Shown: positions 52,502-62,104, counted from the stretch's first letter. The stretch: 64,000 nt of DNA from Acutalibacteraceae bacterium (GCA_045647525.1 JAZRMK010000048.1:7928-71927); one strand, 5' to 3'. A program made the numbers and translations. The notes: generated from the letters alone by a model not told the origin.

Positions 52502-54811
52502 TTACACTGCCTTTTCCAGTATCGCGGCGAAGACGGTTATATCATCATCATGACCATCACTGCGTCTACGCCTTGCCGCCGTTGCGATTTTTTCCGACAA
52601 CTGCTTTGCTCCGCCACCGCGCCATGATTCGATTTCTGCGCAGATCCAGTCGGTGCCGTCGGTCGTAACTCCGTCCGACACCATAATGAGAATGTCATCC
52701 TCTTTTAAGGTCACCACCGCTTTATCAAAACCAACCTCGTTTAAAATTCCCGCAGGCAAGGTTTTGCATTCTGCTCTGCCCGTTCTTCCGTTTCGGCGCA
52801 CAAGGGTGGGTGCCGCACCGGCTTTGAGCAGTTCTGTTTTTCCGCTGAAAAGGTCAATGCAGGAGATATCGAGCGTTGCCAGTGATTCGTCGCTTGATGT
52901 AAAAAGCATCGCAGAGTTCACCATCTTCAATGGGCTGTCGTAGCCGAAGCCTCCTTTATGCAGTCGTTCAGCCAATCCCGCAGTCATCGCCGAATCGACC
53001 GCAGCCCTTCCACCACTGCCCATTCCGTCACTTAAAATAACTACCAAACGGCCTCTGCCGTCGAAAAAATGCCGGCAGGTATCTCCGCAGAGTTTGTTCT
53101 TGCCCTGATTAAACTGGGTGCAGTAGCAGTCGACAGAAAAGACCGCCTTTTCGGTCGCGGTGATGTAATATGCTCTGCCTGAACGGGTTATTTCGGGCGG
53201 TTCAAATTCACGCTCGCAAACCTCTTCTATCCGTTCTAAAACGCGCGCTCGGTTAATGGGCATTTCGGGTGCTTCTCGTAGTTTGATTTCAACCGTTATT
53301 CGTGAGAATTTATCTACCACGCAGCTACATTCGTCTGCCCTTAAATCCAACTCTCTCAACGCGGCGGCAACTCTGTTTGCGAGGGCAATATCATACCTTT
53401 GGGCAGTGCGAAACTCCTCCGACAACTCCCCCAGCATATCGGCAACACCGGTCATCTGGTCCGATACCACGCTTCGCATTTCCGAAACTCTTTTTTCCGC
53501 CGAGACTGCGCTTAAAAAGTCTGTGTAATAACGGCATAACGATGCCTCAAAGCGCTCGGGTCTTAAACATTTTTCGCGAAACTCGTCAGGCACATCGGCA
53601 AGCTCTAACGGTCGGCAAGACCTTATTGCCTCGCAGAAACCTAAAACAGCATCAACGGTTGTTTTTCGGTTCTTCTCCCAACAGTTGAGCATAAAGGTAC
53701 ATCCTCGGCACGCGTCATTTTCAACATCGTGTAAAACATTGACGAAATTAGGCTTTTTTGCAAGACTCAAACACCTCGACACATCTTCAACTGTTTCGGA
53801 AACTCCCTTTAAAGCCGCCGAAGCAAAGCCCAATCGCATTGTCAACGTTCTTCTTAATCCTGCTGTATCGGGCGTGATGACACGCGGATTCAAAACACTA
53901 CCCATTCTTGCGGAAATCTTTCGCGGCACTATCAGGAAAATGACACTTGCTAATATTGATTCCAACAGTGACGACACTGAAACTGCCGAGCCGGAAGAAA
54001 CAATTACCCACATCAGACAAACCGAAGGAGGACAAATCGCCGCCATCAGTTTCCCCAAACTGCAAAATGCACCCGTTACGAGCCCTGTTATCGACAAAAT
54101 AAATGCAGTTTCGACACTTTGCCCAGACACAACACTTGCAAACCCGACCGAAAGTGACGCAATAGCCGAAGCACCTGCTCTGCCATAACGCGCAGCGAAC
54201 AATATCAGTAATATGCCAAAAGTTTTGCCTACGGACAGGCCCGCTACCTCAACATTTATTACCGACATCAAGCCTAAACTTACGGCAATCAGTGTAGAGG
54301 CGGTTTGCTCTTGTGTCAACCCTGCAATCTTTTCCCATTTTATTGCAGTTGCTCTGCGTATAAAGTATGCTCCGCCCCCTGCAAGCAGACCTTCCGACAC
54401 CCCTAATATGCCTTCTTTTAAAAACGACTGTCCTGCCGCCGCAACACCTACACCCGACACAACGGTTGCCGCAACAACGCCTGACCAAAGCGGATTTTTG
54501 AAAACAGGTTTTACTCCGCTTAATATAAATCTTATCGCGACGATTGCAATTAAAGCCGCCGCATATTTAAATGCTGATACCGAAAAGGGCGGAAATATGT
54601 ATCCAAAAAACGCACCCAATGCCGTTGAAAACATATACTTCATCGGCAACCCTGCCGTTATTGCAGCACCCAGCGGTGCTATTCCGCCCCAGAGTGTTGT
54701 TCTTGACATTAAAAATCCGAAAATCAACGATACTATATGATATACAATAGCGCCCAACCGTTCACCCGCATCTTCAAATACCACAGTTTTTGCGTTTGCC
54801 ATTTCCTTCAT
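52502..54811 (-). CDS. spoIIE: Stage II sporulation protein E (PP2C phosphatase with a 10-TM N-domain)
   Basis: 769 aa. Polytopic N-terminal third, central regulatory region and a C-terminal PP2C domain (..VVILSDGMGSGG.A, MVSDGV, DDITV). Confidence 0.88.
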   Translation of the reverse strand: MKEMANAKTVVFEDAGERLGAIVYHIVSLIFGFLMSRTTLWGGIAPLGAAITAGLPMKYMFSTALGAFFGYIFPPFSVSAFKYAAALIAIVAIRFILSGVKPVFKNPLWSGVVAATVVSGVGVAAAGQSFLKEGILGVSEGLLAGGGAYFIRRATAIKWEKIAGLTQEQTASTLIAVSLGLMSVINVEVAGLSVGKTFGILLILFAARYGRAGASAIASLSVGFASVVSGQSVETAFILSITGLVTGAFCSLGKLMAAICPPSVCLMWVIVSSGSAVSVSSLLESILASVIFLIVPRKISARMGSVLNPRVITPDTAGLRRTLTMRLGFASAALKGVSETVEDVSRCLSLAKKPNFVNVLHDVENDACRGCTFMLNCWEKNRKTTVDAVLGFCEAIRSCRPLELADVPDEFREKCLRPERFEASLCRYYTDFLSAVSAEKRVSEMRSVVSDQMTGVADMLGELSEEFRTAQRYDIALANRVAAALRELDLRADECSCVVDKFSRITVEIKLREAPEMPINRARVLERIEEVCEREFEPPEITRSGRAYYITATEKAVFSVDCYCTQFNQGKNKLCGDTCRHFFDGRGRLVVILSDGMGSGGRAAVDSAMTAGLAERLHKGGFGYDSPLKMVNSAMLFTSSDESLATLDISCIDLFSGKTELLKAGAAPTLVRRNGRTGRAECKTLPAGILNEVGFDKAVVTLKEDDILIMVSDGVTTDGTDWICAEIESWRGGGAKQLSEKIATAARRRRSDGHDDDITVFAAILEKAV

Positions 54812-55034
54812 TTTTCACAGTCCTTTACATAATCCGTCACGGGTATTATACGGCAATATGTTTGACACAAAGTGTCACACTGTGCTTAATATTTTTGATT
54901 TGTTTTGGCATAAAATGACTTTTAATAGAAAGTTTTGGCGTAATTATAAAATTTGCAAAATTTAAGACAAAAAAAGCATAATTCGCCCTTATTCCGAAAA
55001 AATAACAAAGAACAATTTTTTTGAGGTGAATTTT

Positions 55035-55211
55035 ATGAAAAGATGTATGAGTTTTGCCAAAGGTATGGCTTGGGGAATACTTGCAGGTATCAGCGTTGCG
55101 GTTGCAGTGAAGTGTGTTTGTTCTAAAAGCCGCCGAATGAGAAAATGTACCAATCGCGCCGCCAGAACCGTTTCGGGAATAATGGACGACATACAGGAAC
55201 TTTTGAGATAA
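55035..55211 (+). CDS. Small membrane protein (58 aa)
   Basis: RBS GAGGTGA 5 nt upstream. One TM helix (MAWGILAGISVAVAV) then a basic tail. Immediately precedes the TauE-like pair. Confidence 0.4.
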   Translation: MKRCMSFAKGMAWGILAGISVAVAVKCVCSKSRRMRKCTNRAARTVSGIMDDIQELLR

Positions 55212-55212
55212 A

Positions 55213-55584
55213 GTGAAGAATTTAAAGAAAAGCAGAAAGTCACTCTTCCTTTTTTCAGGCGGAGTGACGGCAGGGTTCTTGAACGGTCTTTTCGGTGCAG
55301 GCGGAGGCTTGGTTGCCGTACCGCTTTTAAAATCGTCGGGGCTTGACCGCAAAACTGCCCACGCCAACTCGGTTGCGGTTATTGCACCGCTGTCGGTTTT
55401 GAGTGCATCACTCTACATTTTAAATGGCTCGGTCACAGTAGCCGACGCCGTTCCTTACATTCCGTCAGGTGTTGTCGGAGCTGTGACAGGTGCTCTGCTG
55501 CTACGAAAGATCCCCTCCGGAACATTGCGACGCATTTTCGGAATTTTTATTCTTATTGCGGGAGTGAGGCTCTTACTGAAATGA
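55213..55584 (+). CDS. TauE/SafE (TSUP) family half-size membrane protein, N-half
   Basis: GFLNGLFGAGGGLVAVPLL is a typical TSUP repeat start. About 4 TM helices. GTG start. Confidence 0.7.
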   Translation: MKNLKKSRKSLFLFSGGVTAGFLNGLFGAGGGLVAVPLLKSSGLDRKTAHANSVAVIAPLSVLSASLYILNGSVTVADAVPYIPSGVVGAVTGALLLRKIPSGTLRRIFGIFILIAGVRLLLK

Positions 55585-55991
55585 GTTTGCTTACCATTAT
55601 TGCAGGTTTTATTTCAGGCTTTGTCGGAAGTTTGGGATTGGGCGGCGGTGGCATACTGCTAATGTACTTTTCGCTCTTCACCGATATCGCACCGCAAAAG
55701 GCAGGCGGTATAAATCTTCTTGCCTTCTTGCCTGTCGGCACGGTTGCTGTCATCACCTACACTTTCAAAAATATGATAAAATGGAAAACCGTCCTAAATG
55801 TGATTTTGGGTGGCATAATCGGTGTGGGAGTTGGGGTGATGCTCAACAGTATGATAGACACATTTTATCTATCAAAAATATTTGCAGCCGGACTCATCGT
55901 GTTTGGGTTAACACAAGTAATACCGTTTAAAGTTTTAAAGGAATTCTTTAAAACTCGCCATTCCTCCCCCACCGAAAATGACACTTTATGA
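55581..55991 (+). CDS. TauE/SafE (TSUP) family half-size membrane protein, C-half
   Basis: GFVGSLGLGGGGILLMY is the second TSUP repeat. The ATGA overlap with the upstream ORF suggests translational coupling. Confidence 0.7.
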   Translation: MSLLTIIAGFISGFVGSLGLGGGGILLMYFSLFTDIAPQKAGGINLLAFLPVGTVAVITYTFKNMIKWKTVLNVILGGIIGVGVGVMLNSMIDTFYLSKIFAAGLIVFGLTQVIPFKVLKEFFKTRHSSPTENDTL

Positions 55992-56012
55992 GTGCCATTT
56001 CTCATCAAATAC

Positions 56013-56048
56013 AAAAACCTCCGAAGAGCAACACTTCGGAGGTTTTTT
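56013..56048. terminator. Bidirectional intrinsic terminator
   Basis: AAAAACCTCCGAAG / CTTCGGAGGTTTTTT. Confidence 0.8.
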
Positions 56049-56136
56049 ATTACGCATTTGTTTATTTACAGTCAAATTTTCTTTTGCGCTGATTGGCAGT
56101 CATTAAATCAGAAGGCTTTACGACTTCTGTTCGGTT

Positions 56137-56592
56137 TTAAAGTTCACCGAACTCTCTCAATGTGCGGAGATAGAGGTGCGCTTCTTTTCCGTCTTCCTTT
56201 TTATAAGTACGTTCTTTTTCGTATCCCAGTTTTTCGTGCAATTTTATGCTTGCAATATTGTCGGAAACAACGTCAGCAACGGCTATGGTGTAATCCTTTT
56301 CGCACATCAAAGAGCAAACAGCTATCATAGCTTCAAACCCGTAACCTTTATGACGCTCAGACTCCAAAATTTCAGGTCCAATGCTCACAATACAGTCGGT
56401 GTGCGAGCAAACATTCATTACACCTATGCATTTATTGCCCTCGAACACCAAAAACATTTCGAAATACTTTCCATCGTGCAAGCGCTCGACCGATTCCTCG
56501 ATCATTTTCTGCTTTTCCTCCAAGGTCATTTTGCCATACGAAAAGCCGTCAAGACACTTTATATCCTTTTTGGTTATAGGCCGAAGTTCCAC
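56137..56592 (-). CDS. GNAT-family N-acetyltransferase
   Basis: 151 aa. Acetyl-CoA-binding-type segment HKGYGFEAM followed by ...N..SIKLHEKLGY. Confidence 0.8.
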   Translation of the reverse strand: MELRPITKKDIKCLDGFSYGKMTLEEKQKMIEESVERLHDGKYFEMFLVFEGNKCIGVMNVCSHTDCIVSIGPEILESERHKGYGFEAMIAVCSLMCEKDYTIAVADVVSDNIASIKLHEKLGYEKERTYKKEDGKEAHLYLRTLREFGEL

Positions 56593-56604
56593 TATAATTC
56601 TCCT

Positions 56605-57474
56605 CTACTTCATTCTTAAATCATTCAACAGCATTCCCGTATGCGGTGCTACGCCGAAACGCGAACTGAACATTTTGCACTTGCAAAGGAACAGATAGTA
56701 GATGTTCTTGCCGCAATAACGCAATGTTTCGAAATTTGCCTGACCCTTTGCGATTATAAGGTCTGCCGAATCAATTATTTTCAATGCGTTTTCTGACACA
56801 TCTTCCAAAACCGTTCCCGCAAATCGCGAACCGTTGCCGCAAACATCAACTACTTTTGTAAGCCCTATCTGCTCTGCATCTTCCATAGTAGCATCATTCA
56901 AAACAGGTCTTCCTCTTACCAAAACGTTGATTTTGAGTTTTGGAAACGCTTTTTTGATTTGCTCAATCAATAATTTATCCATCACGACCTCGCCACAGTT
57001 ATCGGTGAGGTAAACCAATCTGTTTGCCGTTGCCAGTTCACTTTTAAGATTCTCTAATTCAGTGTTGTCAACAACTATATCCTCTGCTGAATCAAGTTTC
57101 TCTTCTAAAGCTTTTTCGCTGACACTGTCCATCGCACCAAAATCAATATAATTGCCAAGCATTGCAAAATGCACTGCCAACTTCAACGGGTCGGTTGCAC
57201 TTTCGATTTTCTTACTTATGTATGGCACTTTTGACATCATAAGCTCATTGAAAAAATGTTTTTCCTTGGAAAAATCGTCTGTTGTTCCGAGTTCCTTTTC
57301 AATTTTGTTCATAACAATCGGAGCGCTTTCGCTAAGCTTAGCTTCGGATAAAATTTTCAAAAGTTTCTGAACAAATTGAAGTTTGTACTCCTCGGCCGCA
57401 TCGTCGGGCAACTTTTTCAAAAATTTATTTAAAAGACACTTTATGCACTCGGAGTGCAATCTTTCCTGTTCCAT
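56605..57474 (-). CDS. DUF89/ARMT1-like damage-control phosphatase family protein
   Basis: LTDNCGEVVMDKLLI and a C-terminal AKGQANFETL match DUF89 signatures. GAGGAG lies 6 nt before the ATG at 57474. Confidence 0.7.
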   Translation of the reverse strand: MEQERLHSECIKCLLNKFLKKLPDDAAEEYKLQFVQKLLKILSEAKLSESAPIVMNKIEKELGTTDDFSKEKHFFNELMMSKVPYISKKIESATDPLKLAVHFAMLGNYIDFGAMDSVSEKALEEKLDSAEDIVVDNTELENLKSELATANRLVYLTDNCGEVVMDKLLIEQIKKAFPKLKINVLVRGRPVLNDATMEDAEQIGLTKVVDVCGNGSRFAGTVLEDVSENALKIIDSADLIIAKGQANFETLRYCGKNIYYLFLCKCKMFSSRFGVAPHTGMLLNDLRMK

Positions 57475-57493
57475 TTTAAACTCCTCAAAAACC

Positions 57494-58381
57494 TTAATCG
57501 TTACACTTGAAAACGTCAGCAACTTCACTTATTGTCACAAACGCCTTGGGGTCTATCGCACGTATAATACCCCTCATTTTAGATAACTGAAAACGGTTAA
57601 CTACAAAATAAATAATGGTTTTATCGGCGTTCGAGTAACCGCCGACAGCCGCGATTTTAGTCGTTCCGCACTCAAACTCTTTCATCAAAGCAGCACTAAC
57701 CTCATCAGCATTTTCGGTTATTATCATTACTTCTTTTGAACGGTCAAAGCCCTCAACGATAAAGTCAACCGTTTTAAGCCCTGCGGCGTATGTAACAATC
57801 GAATAAAGAGGCAACGTCCAGTCGGCCATTACGATTCCGCATATTACATAAAGTATAACGTTATATATCATAACAAATGTGCCCACGGTTATACCGAGCT
57901 TTTTAGCGAAAATCACTGCCATAACTTCTATGCCGTCAATCGCACCGCCGTATCTAATGGTAAGACCGCTGCCGACACCCGATATAACACCGCCAAATAG
58001 CGCACAAAGGAGCAGGTCTTTTCCTGCCAGAGGCGATGCAACGCTTACATCAACAGGCAATACGTCATTTATCAACCATGACGCCAACGAATAAATTACA
58101 ACCGCAAACACAGAATAAACGGTAAAAGCCGAGCCCTGATGTTTTAAGCCGAATAAAAGCAACGGAATGTTCAAAATCAACAAAAACACCGAAAGTGTCA
58201 TATACGGCGGGGTAGCCTGTGAAAGCAGGATCGATGTGCCGGAAATGCCGCTGTCGTACAAATTAACCGGAGCAATAAACATAGTAACCCCGATGGCGTT
58301 TATAGTTCCTGCTACAAGCAACAACACGAAGTTTTGCCATTTCAACGTTTTAAGTTCATCTGTAAAAAGCTTCTCTCTCAT
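57494..58381 (-). CDS. YitT-family membrane protein (with DUF2179 C-domain)
   Basis: Five TM helices with GGAIDGIEV. The C-terminal soluble domain (MIITENADEV...ECGTTKIAAVGGYS) is typical of YitT. Confidence 0.8.
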   Translation of the reverse strand: MREKLFTDELKTLKWQNFVLLLVAGTINAIGVTMFIAPVNLYDSGISGTSILLSQATPPYMTLSVFLLILNIPLLLFGLKHQGSAFTVYSVFAVVIYSLASWLINDVLPVDVSVASPLAGKDLLLCALFGGVISGVGSGLTIRYGGAIDGIEVMAVIFAKKLGITVGTFVMIYNVILYVICGIVMADWTLPLYSIVTYAAGLKTVDFIVEGFDRSKEVMIITENADEVSAALMKEFECGTTKIAAVGGYSNADKTIIYFVVNRFQLSKMRGIIRAIDPKAFVTISEVADVFKCND

Positions 58382-58881
58382 AAATATACCTCTCGAATTC
58401 TTACTGTTTAATTATATCATAGCTTTATGAACTTTTCTACCTATGTGATAAAATTAAAACAAAAAGACTCCTTTTCGGAGCTTTTTACAGTAGTAAATGC
58501 CGCAAAAGCACAAAAAAACAACCCTTGATTCAAGGCTTCAACCTCTCGTCAAGGGTTATTTTTCTGAACTCTTGATATCCAACATCTTTTTAACCTCTCT
58601 TTTCTTAATTCCAAAACCGTTTTCTTTCACCCGTCACGCCCGTTTTGACCTTAAATCCGTATTATATTATAAATCCCGTAAAGTGAGAAGCACTTTTTGG
58701 CGTCGGGTAATTGGGTTTTGTGCAGTGGATTTTTTGATGGGTTTCGGTATTTCACCTGTACATTGGGCTCATCCTTTCTGCATCTTTATAGTAGCATATT
58801 CTTTGCCCTATTTCAATTCGCAACACTGCATAAAGTTAAAACCTCAGAATTATGCAAAACACAGAAATAGTCAAACGAGCA

Positions 58882-58910
58882 TTGACACGCCCTTTTAAAA
58901 TTGTTATAAT
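58882..58910 (+). promoter_or_regulatory. Full-consensus sigma-A promoter in a non-coding gap
   Basis: TTGACA, 17 nt, TGTTATAAT (perfect -35, perfect -10, TGn extension). Only a terminator hairpin lies downstream before the antisense strand of the next gene. Confidence 0.55.
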
Positions 58911-58929
58911 AATTATGTTGGGTGTTAAA

Positions 58930-58962
58930 AAAACCTGTGCACATTTTATCCGTGCACAGGTT
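58930..58962. terminator. Bidirectional intrinsic terminator
   Basis: ACCTGTGCAC / GTGCACAGGT with A- and T-runs on both sides, directly after the stop of the 58969-59736 gene. Confidence 0.8.
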
Positions 58963-58968
58963 TCTTTT

Positions 58969-59736
58969 TTATGCAATTACAACGGTTCTCTTTTTAATCA
59001 CAGAACGAACCGCATAGATCAATCCGTAAATAAATAAAACTGCCAAGAAAAATACTATCGGATTTATAATCATAAGCGACCATTTGGGGATTATTCCGCC
59101 TTCTACAAGACCTATGTAAAGAGCATCCTCTTCCAAAAAGAACCAGTTATGTTCAAGCAAAATATTTCCTAATTTTGCCCAAAGTGTTATAACAACGAGC
59201 AATACGCCACATTTCCATGCATTCTTAATCTGAGCATCAATCAAGCCGAAGGCTACTGTCAATACACCCCAGGCAAGAAGAACGCCGTGATAGAACATTG
59301 TCTGAACAGCCTGATAGCACCAAGGTTCACCACTTCCGATGTTTGCAGGGTAGCAGAGATACATAAGCGGTGCAAGTATCGCAAGAATGGCTATCGGTTC
59401 TCTGATTTTGTCACCTTTTAGGTTGAACTGTGAAATTGCCACCAAAGGACAAAGCACCGTGCAAATATGGAACGGCAGTTTATCGGTGTTCAAGCCGTCG
59501 TAAACAAATTCGTGAACAAAAAAGTCAGAAAGGTAAGACGCTACCAACGAATAAGCCAAAAGGCGCAACACCTTTTGTTTTGACTCTGTTGATTTTCCCT
59601 TTGCCGAAAGCCAAAGAGCCACAATGCTGCCCGCAATAAGAACTATAAATACGATGTGTGGCAACGAGAACGGCGTTATGGCAATACCGGTGTTAAAATG
59701 AGACTTTTCGAAAAGCTTAAAACACAATTCCCTCAT
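58969..59736 (-). CDS. YwaF/TMEM164-like integral membrane protein
   Basis: 255 aa with about 7 TM helices. The N-terminal ...TPFSLPHIVFIVLIAG... resembles the YwaF (TIGR02206-type) family from memory. Confidence 0.45.
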   Translation of the reverse strand: MRELCFKLFEKSHFNTGIAITPFSLPHIVFIVLIAGSIVALWLSAKGKSTESKQKVLRLLAYSLVASYLSDFFVHEFVYDGLNTDKLPFHICTVLCPLVAISQFNLKGDKIREPIAILAILAPLMYLCYPANIGSGEPWCYQAVQTMFYHGVLLAWGVLTVAFGLIDAQIKNAWKCGVLLVVITLWAKLGNILLEHNWFFLEEDALYIGLVEGGIIPKWSLMIINPIVFFLAVLFIYGLIYAVRSVIKKRTVVIA

Positions 59737-59840
59737 ATCAATCCCTCAATTTTAATTTTTGTATCCTTATTTCTTGTTCGGCAGCCGCAATAAGCCTTAA
59801 AGACCGGATACATTCTGTGTCGAATGTTGAACACACGAAA

Positions 59841-59869
59841 ATTATACTCTTTTCGACAAGAAAAGTCAA
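59841..59869 (-). promoter_or_regulatory. Promoter of the YwaF-like gene
   Basis: Minus strand reads TTGACT, 17 nt, TATAAT. Confidence 0.55.
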
Positions 59870-60135
59870 ATTCCGTTACTATACTGTAACCTTTTTAGCA
59901 AACTTTTCCTTCCGGCAACGGTAAAGTTTGCCCGTTACTTTTTCAACTATGATATATTCTGTCCGTTAAAGGATTATGCTGTTATTCCTTTGTTAAAAGA
60001 TTGTTTTCTGTCAAAAGCGAAAATCCATTGAATAGCGCAACACTCATCACCACTTTACTTTTTATTCATTATTTCCAAAGGCCTTATCGGGCAGAGCTAT
60101 TAAACAGCGAAGTGTGAATATTAAGAGTAAAAAGT

Positions 60136-60169
60136 CAAAAAATCCTCGGAAAATTTCCGAGGATTTTTT
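60136..60169. terminator. Bidirectional intrinsic terminator
   Basis: AAAAAATCCTCGG / CCGAGGATTTTTT. Confidence 0.8.
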
Positions 60170-60203
60170 CTTTGCATAATTCAAATACTATTATGACATC
60201 TAT

Positions 60204-60896
60204 TTAATTGAGCACTTCGTATTCCGCTGGCAAGGTTATTTTGGTAGTGCCTAATTCACTGTAATCACTCATTGCACCGCGAGAGTTAACCAATGTCAGA
60301 CGAACTAATTTACCGTTTTCGAAATAAATTTTTATTTCACAGTTCATAGTATATATGTAAGCGTTTTCGGTTTCCGAAAAAGTCACGTTGTCATAATCAT
60401 AAGCAAGGGCAAAATAGCCTATGTCATATTTCAAATTATCGGTTGCATTTAATTTCTGATCTTCCCAACTTTCGTCAGGCAAAAGAACGCAGCCGTTATA
60501 ATCATTTACATAAACATCAACTGCATCACCTTTATGGGCATAATAATACTCTCTTTCGTATGACAATGAGTTTTCATAATAAAGGTTTTCTTCCGGAACC
60601 TGTTTATAAACAGACTCCATACCGTTTTCAGATACATAATGGCAAGTATGGTTGCTCAAAGCTTCAAGCAAAGTTTCACCGTTTTCTCCATACTCGAACG
60701 CCGTCTCCCATTGTTCCTTTGTGACCTGATAAACAGAACCTACGGCATCGCCTTGGGACACGTTGTCGTCGTCGTTCTCATTATTTTCGCCTTGCGACAC
60801 ATCTGCATCGGTATCGTCTGCTGGTGTTTCTTTACCGCAAGCTACAAACGACAACATCAGTAGCATTATAAGAAGTAACGATATAAATCTTTTCAT
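60204..60896 (-). CDS. Lipoprotein, function unknown
   Basis: RBS AAAGGAG precedes the ATG at 60896. Signal plus lipobox MKRFISLLLIMLLMLSFVACG, then an acidic low-complexity linker. Confidence 0.65.
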   Translation of the reverse strand: MKRFISLLLIMLLMLSFVACGKETPADDTDADVSQGENNENDDDNVSQGDAVGSVYQVTKEQWETAFEYGENGETLLEALSNHTCHYVSENGMESVYKQVPEENLYYENSLSYEREYYYAHKGDAVDVYVNDYNGCVLLPDESWEDQKLNATDNLKYDIGYFALAYDYDNVTFSETENAYIYTMNCEIKIYFENGKLVRLTLVNSRGAMSDYSELGTTKITLPAEYEVLN

Positions 60897-60991
60897 TTTA
60901 CTAATCTCCTTTTTAAATGAAAGTATGTACAATCCAAGTTGCATACACAAAAATGCAACTCCGTTTGCTGCCAATATTATACCACATACTC

Positions 60992-61690
60992 TTATAATTT
61001 GAAAGGCTTTTTATGAAATGGACATTTCTTTTGCAAGCACTGATTGTTCAAATGAGAACGGGAACAGATCACTTGATCCAGTTCCATTTTAACGCCTAAC
61101 TTTTCGCTCGTAAAACCAACTGCTTCTATAATGGCTAGATACGAATCCCTCTTGCAGCAACGAGGTCCACCGTTCTGACCAATAGCATTTAATGTTCTCG
61201 CTGTCATTTGGTTTGATAGTCCCCATGCTTCAGCAGCCAACGGAGTTGCTTTGGTTACGATTGACACATACATTCCAGCACTGATTCCTGCACCACACGC
61301 TCCCCAAAATCCGCATGCTCCTCCTGGAACTTGCTTTCCTCTTTTATACATCTCGGAAAGTGCCATTTCTAATTCCAAAATACCGCCCGCATTTTTGTAT
61401 GCAGTAAGTAATGCCGCTCCAACCATCACGTGATGTTCTGGGCCGTGCATGTGACAAAAATCGAGCGACATCATTTTTTCGAGTATATAAACGGGATTTT
61501 TTGATTTTTCGTTTAGGCATAATGAAAAAATGCTGTCCATTCCAGATGTGTGACATTCATTGCAAACATAATGACCGTTGATACATCTTGTTTTGCTGTC
61601 TTCTCTTTTATGGCAAATAGCACATTCCATTACAGTATCTGCGTCCAGATACTCCAGCTGTGCTTTACAAATTAAACATTCATCTCCCAT
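60992..61690 (-). CDS. Cys-rich putative metal-binding protein (possibly DUF5714-like)
   Basis: N-terminal CLIC...CAIC...C..GHYVCNEC zinc-ribbon-like pairs. Later GGACGFWGACGAG and GGPRCCKR motifs. Confidence 0.55.
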   Translation of the reverse strand: MGDECLICKAQLEYLDADTVMECAICHKREDSKTRCINGHYVCNECHTSGMDSIFSLCLNEKSKNPVYILEKMMSLDFCHMHGPEHHVMVGAALLTAYKNAGGILELEMALSEMYKRGKQVPGGACGFWGACGAGISAGMYVSIVTKATPLAAEAWGLSNQMTARTLNAIGQNGGPRCCKRDSYLAIIEAVGFTSEKLGVKMELDQVICSRSHLNNQCLQKKCPFHKKPFKL

Positions 61691-61764
61691 TATTTCACCT
61701 CATAAATTCTTATTTGTTAAACTGATTATATCATAAAAACTGTGATTTTTCCACCTTATATTAG

Positions 61765-61943
61765 ATTTGAACCGTTTCGCGCAGGCTTTGCCTGCTTGCC
61801 CTCTTGCGGTGCCCGACATTTTCTCGGGCGCCGATACGCACCCTCGCCTCTGTCGACCGCTGCGCTTCGTTTTGCTCGCTGCATCGTCCACAGGACGCGC
61901 TCGCAACCTCACCCCGGGAACCCATCGGTCGTCGGTTCAAAAT
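61765..61943. repeat. About 180-bp GC-rich element bounded by inverted ATTTGAACCG / CGGTTCAAAAT ends, downstream of tRNA-fMet
   Basis: Visibly GC-rich against an AT-rich background. The ends are inverted copies of a tRNA T-loop-like sequence. It shares GTCGGGCACCG with the 42271-42381 insert, in the same orientation relative to the adjacent tRNA. Confidence 0.6.
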
Positions 61944-61956
61944 ACATCTCTGTAAT

Positions 61957-61994
61957 AAAAACGAAACACCCACCAAATGGTGAGTGTTTCATTT
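61957..61994 (-). terminator. Intrinsic terminator after tRNA-fMet
   Basis: Minus strand AAACACTCACC ATTTG GTGGGTGTTT followed by CGTTTTT. Confidence 0.7.
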
Positions 61995-62071
<77 letters not shown>

Positions 62072-62104
62072 ATATTTTGTTTGCACTTTTTCGGTGCAAA
62101 ATGT

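Noticed and set aside
54846-55367. 173-aa minus-strand ORF upstream of spoIIE
   Set aside because: Low-complexity, Lys/Phe-rich translation of AT-rich promoter DNA. It is antisense to the better-supported small membrane ORF and the TauE-like gene start and has no RBS.
58497-58898. 133-aa plus-strand ORF in the YitT/YwaF intergenic gap
   Set aside because: It has no RBS and a non-protein-like composition, and it crosses terminator-like hairpins. The gap is treated as non-coding (see finding).
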